This document shows, one piece after another, positions 39,294-47,436 of a stretch of 64,000 nucleotides of DNA. Source of the DNA: an uncultured Nitrososphaerota archaeon. GTDB lineage: Archaea; Thermoproteota; Methanomethylicia; Nezhaarchaeales; WYZ-LMO8. How positions within the stretch are numbered: the first letter of the stretch is position 1; the number at the start of each line of letters is the position of its first letter. Position numbers and translations under genes: made by a program. The stretch is taken from assembly GCA_964586135.1 (NCBI GenBank), contig CAZPGS010000001.1, positions 18,761 through 82,760 of the forward strand, in the 5' to 3' direction. The notes below the pieces were generated by a model that was not told where the DNA came from, did not search any database, and saw only the letters and a program-made list of their open reading frames with translations.

Positions 39294-40502
39294 GTGCAGG
39301 AAGCTATGACGGCACTTACTGGCAACAGTAATCCTGTGTGGCTAAAAAAGGAGCTACTTAAGGCAGTCCAAGAAAGGTTGAAAGATGAGGAGCTTAAGGT
39401 GGCAAAGAACGATTGGCACTCGAGGCGAAAGCCTATAGGTTGCGGCCTGACGATACATCCGGGCATCGGCTGTCCAATGCAATGCAGTTACTGCTACATC
39501 TACGACATGGGCTTTAGTAAGCACGTCACCCCCTACTCTCTTAGCGGGCTTCAGCTCGTAACCGCCCTCCTCTTCAACAAGTACTTCTACCCAACTAGGT
39601 GGGGTACCTACTTAGCATTTGGTAGCGTAACAGAGCCCTTTCTTCCAAGCGTATTGCCAAAGACTCTTGAGTACCTAAAGGCTATAAGAGAGTACTTGGG
39701 CAATCCTTGCCAAGTCTCAACCAAAATGGTCATAAATGATGAAAGCATCGATGAACTTGCAAGAGCCAGTAACTCTAAGCTCTCGATCTTGGTTACGGTG
39801 ACGACTCTGAGCCAGTATGTGGACTTAGAAAGGAGAGCTCCACATCCCTTTAAGAGGTTAGAGCTCGTAGGTAGGCTCAGGAGCAAAGGGTTTAAGCCAT
39901 TCATTTTCATGAGGCCCCTATTGCCAGGTTTAAAAGTTGAAGAAATAGACGAGATCGTAGAGCAAGCGAAAGCTTCAGGAGCTTATGGCGTGGTCGTCGG
40001 AAACTTGAGGTTGTCATCAAGTATAATAAGAAGGTTGATGAGTGAGGGCGTTGATGTTGTCCGGTACTTAAAGGTCGACCCCGACAAGTTGCAAAGCACG
40101 TTTGTCAACGTGAGGGTTAACCACTTTGTGCAATCCCTCATTAAGGAGAGGGCTTTGAACAAAGGGCTCATATTCTTAAAGAGAGCATGTTGCGCCAACA
40201 CTGTTTCGCAACTACTTAGCGGATACAATGATGTCATATGCCCTTCTCTATGCTTTTTAAACGAAGACTCATGTGAAAAATCTTGTCCCTCTCGATGTAG
40301 GGCAAAAGCGAGAGGCGAGCCCAAGCATCTCAACTTCAACGAATTAATAAGAGAGGTTCTCGGATCTGACGACTACGAAATGGAAGTGGAGGACTACACG
40401 GTGTACATCAAGCTGAAGAAGCCTTTGAGGTATGAAGGGGTAGCGGGCTTCGCGCTATCGTACTTATTCCGTAGAAGAGTTCGCTTTGTGAGGCGTTTTT
40501 AG
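39294..40502 (+). CDS. Radical SAM protein, SplB-like (COG1533 'DNA repair photolyase' family), with C-terminal Cys-rich extension
   Basis: CPMQCSYCY (CxxxCxxC variant typical of COG1533). 402 aa. Extra C-terminal cluster CPSLCFLNEDSCEKSCPSRC. Confidence 0.65.
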   Translation: MQEAMTALTGNSNPVWLKKELLKAVQERLKDEELKVAKNDWHSRRKPIGCGLTIHPGIGCPMQCSYCYIYDMGFSKHVTPYSLSGLQLVTALLFNKYFYPTRWGTYLAFGSVTEPFLPSVLPKTLEYLKAIREYLGNPCQVSTKMVINDESIDELARASNSKLSILVTVTTLSQYVDLERRAPHPFKRLELVGRLRSKGFKPFIFMRPLLPGLKVEEIDEIVEQAKASGAYGVVVGNLRLSSSIIRRLMSEGVDVVRYLKVDPDKLQSTFVNVRVNHFVQSLIKERALNKGLIFLKRACCANTVSQLLSGYNDVICPSLCFLNEDSCEKSCPSRCRAKARGEPKHLNFNELIREVLGSDDYEMEVEDYTVYIKLKKPLRYEGVAGFALSYLFRRRVRFVRRF

Positions 40503-40718
40503 GTCTTGGCTTTGTGCGACCGCTCCGGGGGCCTTGTACCGCTTAGCGAGCCTGGTCAAATATCCGCTCACTCTGTTCAGCAAGTGCTTGGCCCTGATCG
40601 TGGATACTTCCAAGACCAGTTTTTTGTTCTGCCTGTAATCCAGGCTCACTTTGTCGTAGTACTGTTGGAATATCTGACGAGCTAGCCTTTTAACGGATGC
40701 AGGCCTAACCTTGCCCAT
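40464..40718 (-). CDS. rps17e: 30S ribosomal protein S17e
   Basis: MGKVRPASVKRLARQIFQQYYDKVSLDYRQNKKLVLEVSTIRAKHLLNRVSGYLTRL is the S17e signature. The 3' end of the ORF as drawn overlaps the radical SAM gene end. Confidence 0.85.
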   Translation of the reverse strand: MGKVRPASVKRLARQIFQQYYDKVSLDYRQNKKLVLEVSTIRAKHLLNRVSGYLTRLAKRYKAPGAVAQSQDLKTPHKANSSTE

Positions 40719-40792
40719 GTCTCTTCAACCTGTCTTTGTCTTCTTCTGCTCTAACAAGGTTTAGTTTTTAAATTTTCTCGATTGGGGGCTTT

Positions 40793-40830
40793 CAGGGGGT
40801 AGCTGGTAGCTTAATACCTCAGGGGGTAGT
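40793..40830 (+). promoter_or_regulatory. Two direct TCAGGGGGTAG repeats (27-nt spacing) plus additional G5/GGTGGTGG tracts in the histone 5' region; TTTTTAAAT TATA-like box at ~40766
   Basis: Read directly from sequence (gattgggggctttcagggggtagctggtagcttaatacctcagggggtagtagtactaggtggtggcg), immediately upstream of the histone ATG (40853). Confidence 0.3.
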
Positions 40831-40852
40831 AGTACTAGGTGGTGGCGATAGT

Positions 40853-41089
40853 ATGGCTGAGCTACCGTTAGCCCCTATAGACAGGATAATCAGGAGAGCC
40901 GGTGCTGAGCGCGTCGGAGACGATGCCGTCAAAGCCTTGTGCAAGATTCTCGAGGACGTCGCCCTTGACATCGCACGAGAGGCCGTAGAACTGGCTCGCC
41001 ATGCGGGTAGGAAGACCGTTACTGCCGAAGACATAAATCTAGCAGTAAAACACGTACTTCGCTGGCTCAGTGCAAGCCTATACAAGTGA
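40853..41089 (+). CDS. Archaeal histone (HMfB-like histone fold)
   Basis: [68 protein letters not shown] is near-identical in pattern to HMfA/B ([25 protein letters not shown]...KHAGRKTIKAEDIELA). 78 aa. Confidence 0.85.
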   Translation: MAELPLAPIDRIIRRAGAERVGDDAVKALCKILEDVALDIAREAVELARHAGRKTVTAEDINLAVKHVLRWLSASLYK

Positions 41090-41171
41090 AATTCGAAATA
41101 ATTAATCCTCTTCCATTAGAAAAGATTATATAGAAGCCTTTTCTCATAACTGTCCGAAAAAGTATAGGCTA

Positions 41172-42845
41172 ATGTTAGGTGATGATGCCATGGCCGCTGT
41201 TAGCGGAATTCCCGTCCTAATATTGAAAGAGGGCGCAACAAGGACTCATGGTAGAGAAGCTCAAAGGGCTAACATAGCCGCTGCAAGAGCAGTAGCCGAG
41301 ACGCTAAAGACGACCTTGGGTCCACGAGGCATGGACAAAATGCTTGTGGACAGCCTAGGAGACGTCACCATAACAAATGATGGCGCGACGATACTCGACG
41401 AAATGGATGTTCAGCACGCCGCGGCCAAGATGCTCGTGGAGATAGCCAAGGCCCAAGACGAGGAAGTCGGCGACGGAACAACTACCGTTGTAGTCTTGGC
41501 GGGCGAGTTACTGAAGAAAGCAGAAGAGCTCATGGTCAAGAACATCCACCCGACTGTCATAATAGACGGCTACGGCAAAGCGCTTGAGTTCTGCCAAAAA
41601 GAGCTTGAGAAGCTAAGCTTGCCCGTCGGCCTCCAAAATGAAGACCTCTTGAAATTGATAGCCCAGACGTCGATGCACGCTAAGGTGGTGAGCGCCGCGA
41701 GGGATTACTTGGCGGAGCTGGCCGTCAAGGCCGTTAAGCAGATAATTGAGGAGAGGGACGGCAAGCTTGTTGCTGACGTCGACCAGGTGCAATTAATTAA
41801 GAAACAAGGCGGCAGCGTCATGGACACTAAGCTGGTTCAAGGAATTATAGTAGACAAGGAGGTCGTTCACACTGGCATGCCAAAGCGCATAGAGAACGCG
41901 AAGATCGCGCTCCTTGATTGTCCATTAGAGGTGGAGAAGACCGAGATCGATGCAGAAATAAGGATAAGCGACCCCGCTCAAATGAAGGCCTTCATAGAGG
42001 AAGAGGAGAAGATGTTAAAGGGGATGGTAGAGAAGATTAGGAGCATCGGCGCAAACGTCGTGTTTTGCCAGAAGGGCATTGATGACGTAGCTCAGCACTA
42101 CCTAGCCAAAGCCGGAATTTTAGCAGCTCGAAGAGTGAAGAAGTCAGACATGGAAAAACTAGCTCGAGCCACTGGCGCTAGGATCGTCACCAACATCGAG
42201 GACTTAACGCCAAACGACCTAGGATATGCCGAGCTCGTCGAAGAGAGGAAGATAGCCGACGAGAAGTTAATATTCGTTGAGAACTGCAAGAACCCGAGGT
42301 CCGTGGCCATACTGATAAGGGGAGGGCTGGAGAAGTTTGTAGAAGAGGCCGAGAGAGCGCTAAAGGACGCTCTGAGCTCAGTCGCTAGGGCAATCGAATG
42401 GGGGCGCTACGTACCCGGCGGCGGAGCCATCGAGGTAGAGCTGGCTAAGAGGTTGCGCGAGTACGCGGCTAAGGTGGGAGGAAAAGAGCAACTAGCAATA
42501 GAGGCCTTTGCCAGCGCTCTAGAGGCGATACCGAGAACGCTAGCGGAGAACGGAGGGCACGATCCGATAGACGTGATGATGGCCTTACGCGCAGAGCATG
42601 AAAAGGAAGGCAACTACTACGTGGGTGTGGACGTTTACACAGGAAAACCCGTCGACATGCTTAAGATGGGCGTCATAGAGCCTCTAGCAGTTAAGGCGAC
42701 TGCTCTGAAGGCTGCTACCGAAGCAGCTGCCATGATATTGCGCATAGACGATGTAATAGCAGCTGCTAGGAGCGAGGCAACGAAGGAGAAAGGAGGAGTA
42801 GGGACTAAAGAGAAGGAGGAGGGCGAAGAGAAGGAGAAAGACTAA
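41172..42845 (+). CDS. ths: Thermosome subunit (group II chaperonin, CCT/TCP-1 family)
   Basis: ...[27 protein letters not shown]... [15 protein letters not shown]... and a C-terminal GGM-like/charged tail. 557 aa. Confidence 0.95.
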   Translation: MLGDDAMAAVSGIPVLILKEGATRTHGREAQRANIAAARAVAETLKTTLGPRGMDKMLVDSLGDVTITNDGATILDEMDVQHAAAKMLVEIAKAQDEEVGDGTTTVVVLAGELLKKAEELMVKNIHPTVIIDGYGKALEFCQKELEKLSLPVGLQNEDLLKLIAQTSMHAKVVSAARDYLAELAVKAVKQIIEERDGKLVADVDQVQLIKKQGGSVMDTKLVQGIIVDKEVVHTGMPKRIENAKIALLDCPLEVEKTEIDAEIRISDPAQMKAFIEEEEKMLKGMVEKIRSIGANVVFCQKGIDDVAQHYLAKAGILAARRVKKSDMEKLARATGARIVTNIEDLTPNDLGYAELVEERKIADEKLIFVENCKNPRSVAILIRGGLEKFVEEAERALKDALSSVARAIEWGRYVPGGGAIEVELAKRLREYAAKVGGKEQLAIEAFASALEAIPRTLAENGGHDPIDVMMALRAEHEKEGNYYVGVDVYTGKPVDMLKMGVIEPLAVKATALKAATEAAAMILRIDDVIAAARSEATKEKGGVGTKEKEEGEEKEKD

Positions 42846-42884
42846 AACGCCGCTTTCTTTTTAAACAAATAGCCGTGAAAGAAC

Positions 42885-43499
42885 TTGAGGTTGTTAATAA
42901 CTGGGACGCCTTCTACTGGCAAGACGACTATAGCAAAGAGGTTGGCCGAGGTCCTAAATTATCGGCACGTCGAGGTTGCAAAGGTAGTAGTCGAGGAGAA
43001 ATTGTATAAAGGTTTGGACAAAGCGAGGGGTAGCCTCATTGTAGATGTTAAGAGAGCTAGAAAATTTTTTGCGGCATATTTCGTAAAGCACCGCGATGTC
43101 ATCCTCGACAGCCACGTTGTTGAGATATTTCCAAGAAATTTCATAGATAAGGTGCTAGTTCTAAGAGCGCATCCTCTCCTCATCTTAAAGAGAGGAGTCG
43201 AAAGAGGGTGGCCCTTGGAAAAATGCTTGGAAAATGCGCAAGCAGAGCTATTAGGGGTATGTCTTTTTGATGCCTTACGATTTTATGGGAGAAAGAAGGT
43301 CTGGCAAATCGACTGCACGTGTCGCTCGGTAGAGGAGGCTGTCTCAGAGATCCTAGACATACTCCGAAATAGGAGGAGAAGGAATATAGATTGGCTTACA
43401 GAACTTGAGAAGGAGAGGAGGCTCGACTTATTACTGGAGCTGGAAAAAGCTCGTGATCTTCCTGTAGATCTCTTCAAACTTCTGAGCGATTGTAGATAG
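42885..43499 (+). CDS. Fap7/AK6-like adenylate (nucleoside) kinase, P-loop NTPase
   Basis: MRLLITGTPSTGKTTIAKRLAE resembles archaeal Fap7/AdkA-like kinases (MLIAITGTPGVGKTT...). The 204-aa ORF is longer than typical; its 3' end overlaps the convergent pilin-like ORF. Confidence 0.6.
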   Translation: MRLLITGTPSTGKTTIAKRLAEVLNYRHVEVAKVVVEEKLYKGLDKARGSLIVDVKRARKFFAAYFVKHRDVILDSHVVEIFPRNFIDKVLVLRAHPLLILKRGVERGWPLEKCLENAQAELLGVCLFDALRFYGRKKVWQIDCTCRSVEEAVSEILDILRNRRRRNIDWLTELEKERRLDLLLELEKARDLPVDLFKLLSDCR

Positions 43500-43676
43500 G
43501 AAGTCTCCTGTGGCTTTGCCCGCGCTATTCAAGGTCGTGCTGACCCCTCCTAAAAGTCCTATGACCATAGATAAAATTATCGAGAGAAGCACAACTGAGA
43601 TGCCTATAAGCATGCCCTCCTCTAAGAGCAATGACCCTCTAACGCTTTTCCTGCAATTTTTATACACGCTTCTCAC
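43431..43676 (-). CDS. Flp/type-IV-pilin-like small protein (class III signal peptide, Glu at +5)
   Basis: MRSVYKNCRKSVRG|SLLLEEGMLIGISVVLLSIILSMVIGLLGG... has a basic n-region, a putative prepilin cleavage site after RG, E at +5/+6, then a ~25-aa hydrophobic helix. 81 aa. Lies immediately downstream of the TadB/TadC-like genes. Confidence 0.4.
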   Translation of the reverse strand: MRSVYKNCRKSVRGSLLLEEGMLIGISVVLLSIILSMVIGLLGGVSTTLNSAGKATGDFLSTIAQKFEEIYRKITSFFQLQ

Positions 43677-43700
43677 GACCTCTTCTAAGACAAAGGGCTC

Positions 43701-44519
43701 TTAAACATATCCATAGGGTGGTAAGAATATTATCACGGCTAGAATTATGAAGCAAATGGCCAAGTCTTTGAATGAGGGATAACGAAGTTGAATTATGCAG
43801 GTGAAAACTGTGAAGATCGTTATAGACAATGAAGCAAATGATATAAAGACGAGAGCGCTGGGGATGGGGTTCACGAACGAAAACTTTGCAAACGCGAAGA
43901 ACGTCTTCATAACAAGGCCCAAGGTCATGGACGAGGCCATTTGCAACACCCTATACTTTAACTTCTCCACGACTATGAACTCTCTGAGCTTTTTAGCGTT
44001 AAGATGAAGTGAAAAACTCAAGTCATGCAGTGAGGTTACGAGGTTCCTCAAAGAGGCTTCGTCTACGAGGTTAAGCTTTTCTAGTAGCGAAAAAGCCAGC
44101 CTCGTTAGAGGAGACGAAATCTTCGTAGCACTTGAAGGATTTGTCCTCTTGGCCCCTGAGGTCCTCCTGTAAAGCAGGTCCCTTACAATCCCCTTCGTCT
44201 TCAGTTGGGCTTCGGATTCCTTGTGGGACATTTTATATGTCTCTTTTAGTAGAGAGAGCAAATTCCTTTGACGGCCTAAGGACTCTATAGACTTCGTAGT
44301 GAATGAATAGAAGGCTTCGTAGTCAGTAAAGCAATTATTTAGTTCTGTTACCACTTCGATGCAATCCTTTATGACCGTATATACGAAGAAGGCCACAGTA
44401 AGAGAACAAGAGGAAGAGAGGAGGAAGTTTGAGGTCATCGAGAAGAAGAATAAGAAGGAGTTCGAAGCAAAGACAAGCGCTAAGAAGACGGCTTTGATGA
44501 TTAAAGCCACAACGATCAC
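43701..44519 (-). CDS. TadC/GspF-like type IV pilus platform membrane protein (C-terminal half-size paralogue)
   Basis: Multi-TM protein, 272 aa. It begins with GTG directly after the TAG stop of the upstream TadB-like gene, in the same reading frame. Confidence 0.5.
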   Translation of the reverse strand: MIVVALIIKAVFLALVFASNSFLFFFSMTSNFLLSSSCSLTVAFFVYTVIKDCIEVVTELNNCFTDYEAFYSFTTKSIESLGRQRNLLSLLKETYKMSHKESEAQLKTKGIVRDLLYRRTSGAKRTNPSSATKISSPLTRLAFSLLEKLNLVDEASLRNLVTSLHDLSFSLHLNAKKLREFIVVEKLKYRVLQMASSMTLGLVMKTFFAFAKFSFVNPIPSALVFISFASLSITIFTVFTCIIQLRYPSFKDLAICFIILAVIIFLPPYGYV

Positions 44520-45170
44520 CTAAATGAGGATTGAGGCGTAACGCTTTAAGACCACGATTATCAGTTGCAGGGTGATACCGTAAAATAGCGATGCTATGAT
44601 TGGTAGTAGTGCGAGAACTCCTTCTTGGTGAAAAAGCGCTGAAATGATTATCACTACAGGGGCCATAGTGATGCTAGTAAGCACTATTGTGACGATGTTT
44701 CTAACGTTGGACGTGAACAATCTCTTTCTCAGGTCTTTTACGAGCTCTTGAAACAGAAGCTCATTGATCTTCTGCTCATTTCGAGTATATAGGTCGGAAA
44801 GACTCAGATTGAGGAAGGGGGTGTTAAAAGACATGGTCTCTGCGCTACGCCCCAAAGAGAGGTTCTGAGCAAGCAATTTCAGTTGCGAGGACAGTATTTG
44901 ACGCGAGCTCTCAAGCCTCGCTAAGGCTATAAATGACGACAAATTGTTGCGATATATGTGACGCATTATCGACAGCATCTTAAGCAACAGAGGATTAGGC
45001 TCTGCCACAAAGCCGCGTCTCTTTAAGCCCTTTAGCTGATGACTAAAAATCAAGCTAAAAAACACTATTAAGAGCAACGATAACATGACAGTGTGCTCAG
45101 GTAACATATGCACCCTCCTTTGCGAGTCTTTGAATAAGGTCGTCAAACGCTTTGGTGAAGCGCTCGACAT
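44520..45170 (-). CDS. TadB/GspF-like type IV pilus platform membrane protein (N-terminal half-size paralogue)
   Basis: 216 aa, TM helices at both ends with a cytoplasmic helical domain between, as in TadB/TadC/FlaJ halves. Its 5' end overlaps the ATPase gene 3' end. Confidence 0.5.
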   Translation of the reverse strand: MSSASPKRLTTLFKDSQRRVHMLPEHTVMLSLLLIVFFSLIFSHQLKGLKRRGFVAEPNPLLLKMLSIMRHIYRNNLSSFIALARLESSRQILSSQLKLLAQNLSLGRSAETMSFNTPFLNLSLSDLYTRNEQKINELLFQELVKDLRKRLFTSNVRNIVTIVLTSITMAPVVIIISALFHQEGVLALLPIIASLFYGITLQLIIVVLKRYASILI

Positions 45171-47241
45171 CGGGTGGAGGGCTTAATGCTAATGAGTTTA
45201 ATAGCACCTTTAGCTCTTCGTATTCTTTCTCTAGCATAGCGCGGCTATTTCCTAGCTCTAATAGCTTGAGTATCGAAAGCGACTTAAAAACGTCGTCTAA
45301 GACGATATCGTGTAAGTCTCTTTCCGGGTCCCACTTATATATCAAACTTAGAGGGACGTCGAATAGATCGATGGAAGCCGACTTTGGCGAGCCGACGGCC
45401 CACACCTCCGCAACTCGCCTTAGAATTCTAGAGCCTTGATAGCACTTCACCATGTGGACTATCAAGTCTATGCCGCTCAAATCCTCCTTAGAGATGCCAC
45501 AATGTAATACTAGGCGTCTTATTAGACCAAAGACTGACGAGGCATGACATGTGTGTATCCCTCGAAGACCTGCCGCAATGGCATGGAATAGAGCTTTAAA
45601 GTGTTCCCTCGACTGTAACTCTCCTAGGCAGATCCAGTCTGGAGTCCTATGTAAGAGTTTAATTATCTCCACGGATTTTTTCCGGGTTTTCTCTTCCACT
45701 TCAAAGGGCTCCACATAAAGTCTAAGTTGGTGGCGACCTTGACCTCTTTGGTCCAGGCTCTCGATAATGTCTTCTATGTAGACTTTACGCCAGTTCTTAG
45801 GAGTACATAAATCAAGAGCATTCATTAACGTGGTTTTCCCTGTTCCGGGCTCGCCACATATTATGATGTTCCTTCTATTTATGACGTGTAGAATCAAGAA
45901 GGCCGCTTCCTCTCGTGAGAGCACATTGTTGAGAAAAAGGTCTACTATCGTGTACACTCTGTGCCTCATCTTTCGAAGGTCAAGAGAGGGACCTTCATGA
46001 GAAAGAGGGGGTATGTCTATTGACGCTCTGACGATAAAATCGCCCATTTTCATGTTCCACTTCAAGGATGGATTTAAGTAATTTAGCGGTAGCCTGCTTT
46101 CAAGTAATACATGATTTATAAAGCGCTCTACATCTCTGTCACGTAAAGCCACATTACTTACACATCTTCCAAATTCCTCGTGGTCTACGTATACTCTTGT
46201 CCCAGGCCTGTCAAGATAGATCTCATCAACATGCTTATCCAATAAGAAGGGCATTAACTTGTGCACCCCCAAAGCTTTGTACGCCGAGAAGCATGCAACT
46301 TTCTTGGCTAAGCGGTCATCTCCAGGGGCTAAGTTCTTGCTTTTTATGATGTCCTCGAAAGTATCCTTTAAAAAGCATATTTTATCCCATAGAGAGTCCT
46401 GTTTTATCATCTCGTCGAAGACCTTCTCGTCAATGCTTTCAATCAACACATAGGATAGGTACTTTAATGCGAGGGGCAAATTTTGTGACACATAATAGAA
46501 ATAATCAGACGACTCTGAGCAGCGTATCTCCACATTGAATATGTCAAACTCGTAAGTTTTGATTTGTAATTTTTTGAAATGAGAATCAGAGAAAACCGAT
46601 TTCTTGACTTTCTGTGGGCGAAATACATCCTTATAAATTTCATTTCCAAGGACTCCTTGACCCTTCTCTATAAGTAGCGAGATCAATTGCGACCCTTCAA
46701 TCTCTTTTAGAGAAAGCGCCAAGAGGGATTTAAGGCCCTCAACGCACCTCTTGTCTCTACACCGCGCTTTATTGGCCTCTAGAAAAGCTAGACGCAGGGA
46801 GTTGTAGAAGGCAAGAGGGTCAATATAGGCAACGCCTAAATCTTTGAAGAAGGATAGGTTATCCTTACAATCGGCGACGCTCCTATATAACACACAGGAC
46901 TGAGAGCATTGGTGTTGCAAGGACCGAGAATTGCTGACGCAATATTTTGCCCAAACCCTCATGAAGGCTTTTCTAAGCTTGGAAAGCCTAAAAGAGTAGT
47001 CCCTCAACAACTCTACGGTTGAGGGGCTGTATTCTAAGAGGGAGTCCCCTTCTTGTACCAAAAGGGAAATCCCCTTCACACTCTCGCTTAATAGCGATAA
47101 CCTTAAGAGTAACTTGCCCCTGCATACTTCATTGTTTACCATATCGGGTTTGTCCTGACGACATTTCACAGCAATCATCGTCCTTCCATCTCTAAACAAT
47201 ATTTTGATGCAGTTTTCGCTGAGGCAATGGGGTATCATCAT
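45097..47241 (-). CDS. Type II/IV secretion-system ATPase (TadA/FlaI/VirB11 family) with a long Cys-containing N-terminal extension
   Basis: Walker A IICGEPGTGKTTLMNAL at ~aa 470. Downstream Asp/His boxes (…ELQSREH…HTCHASS…). 714 aa versus ~420-540 for typical TadA/FlaI. Confidence 0.8.
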   Translation of the reverse strand: MMIPHCLSENCIKILFRDGRTMIAVKCRQDKPDMVNNEVCRGKLLLRLSLLSESVKGISLLVQEGDSLLEYSPSTVELLRDYSFRLSKLRKAFMRVWAKYCVSNSRSLQHQCSQSCVLYRSVADCKDNLSFFKDLGVAYIDPLAFYNSLRLAFLEANKARCRDKRCVEGLKSLLALSLKEIEGSQLISLLIEKGQGVLGNEIYKDVFRPQKVKKSVFSDSHFKKLQIKTYEFDIFNVEIRCSESSDYFYYVSQNLPLALKYLSYVLIESIDEKVFDEMIKQDSLWDKICFLKDTFEDIIKSKNLAPGDDRLAKKVACFSAYKALGVHKLMPFLLDKHVDEIYLDRPGTRVYVDHEEFGRCVSNVALRDRDVERFINHVLLESRLPLNYLNPSLKWNMKMGDFIVRASIDIPPLSHEGPSLDLRKMRHRVYTIVDLFLNNVLSREEAAFLILHVINRRNIIICGEPGTGKTTLMNALDLCTPKNWRKVYIEDIIESLDQRGQGRHQLRLYVEPFEVEEKTRKKSVEIIKLLHRTPDWICLGELQSREHFKALFHAIAAGLRGIHTCHASSVFGLIRRLVLHCGISKEDLSGIDLIVHMVKCYQGSRILRRVAEVWAVGSPKSASIDLFDVPLSLIYKWDPERDLHDIVLDDVFKSLSILKLLELGNSRAMLEKEYEELKVLLNSLALSPPPDVERFTKAFDDLIQRLAKEGAYVT

Positions 47242-47325
47242 TGTATTGATTTTGACTTAAGTATTTTATAGACCAACATCGCTAGGTAACGAGAACACGC
47301 AATAGCATGAGGCTATGCACATCTG

Positions 47326-47368
47326 GTTTCTGGTTTTAGGTTTTAGCGGACCCGAAAGGTTTTAGTCT
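47326..47368 (+). promoter_or_regulatory. Three copies of GGTTTTAG (two tandem, one 20 nt away) in the divergent intergenic region between the secretion ATPase and PAC2-like gene
   Basis: ctggttttaggttttagcggacccgaaaggttttagtc read directly. No assigned function. Confidence 0.25.
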
Positions 47369-47436
47369 ATGCTTGAGGGACTATCCTTAAGTTCGACTTC
47401 GCACTTCGATATGCGGTAAAAAAGAGGGTACGTTAC

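Noticed and set aside
40781-40845. G-rich direct repeats upstream of the histone gene as a possible CRISPR fragment or ncRNA
   Set aside because: Only two 11-nt copies with an unrelated 27-nt spacer and no cas genes. Treated as a possible regulatory or G4 element only.
44517-44522. In-frame TAG between the TadB-like and TadC-like ORFs as programmed read-through or pyrrolysine
   Set aside because: No pyl machinery or other in-frame TAGs appear in the conserved genes of this window. A two-gene TadB/TadC arrangement or a simple nonsense mutation is far more parsimonious.
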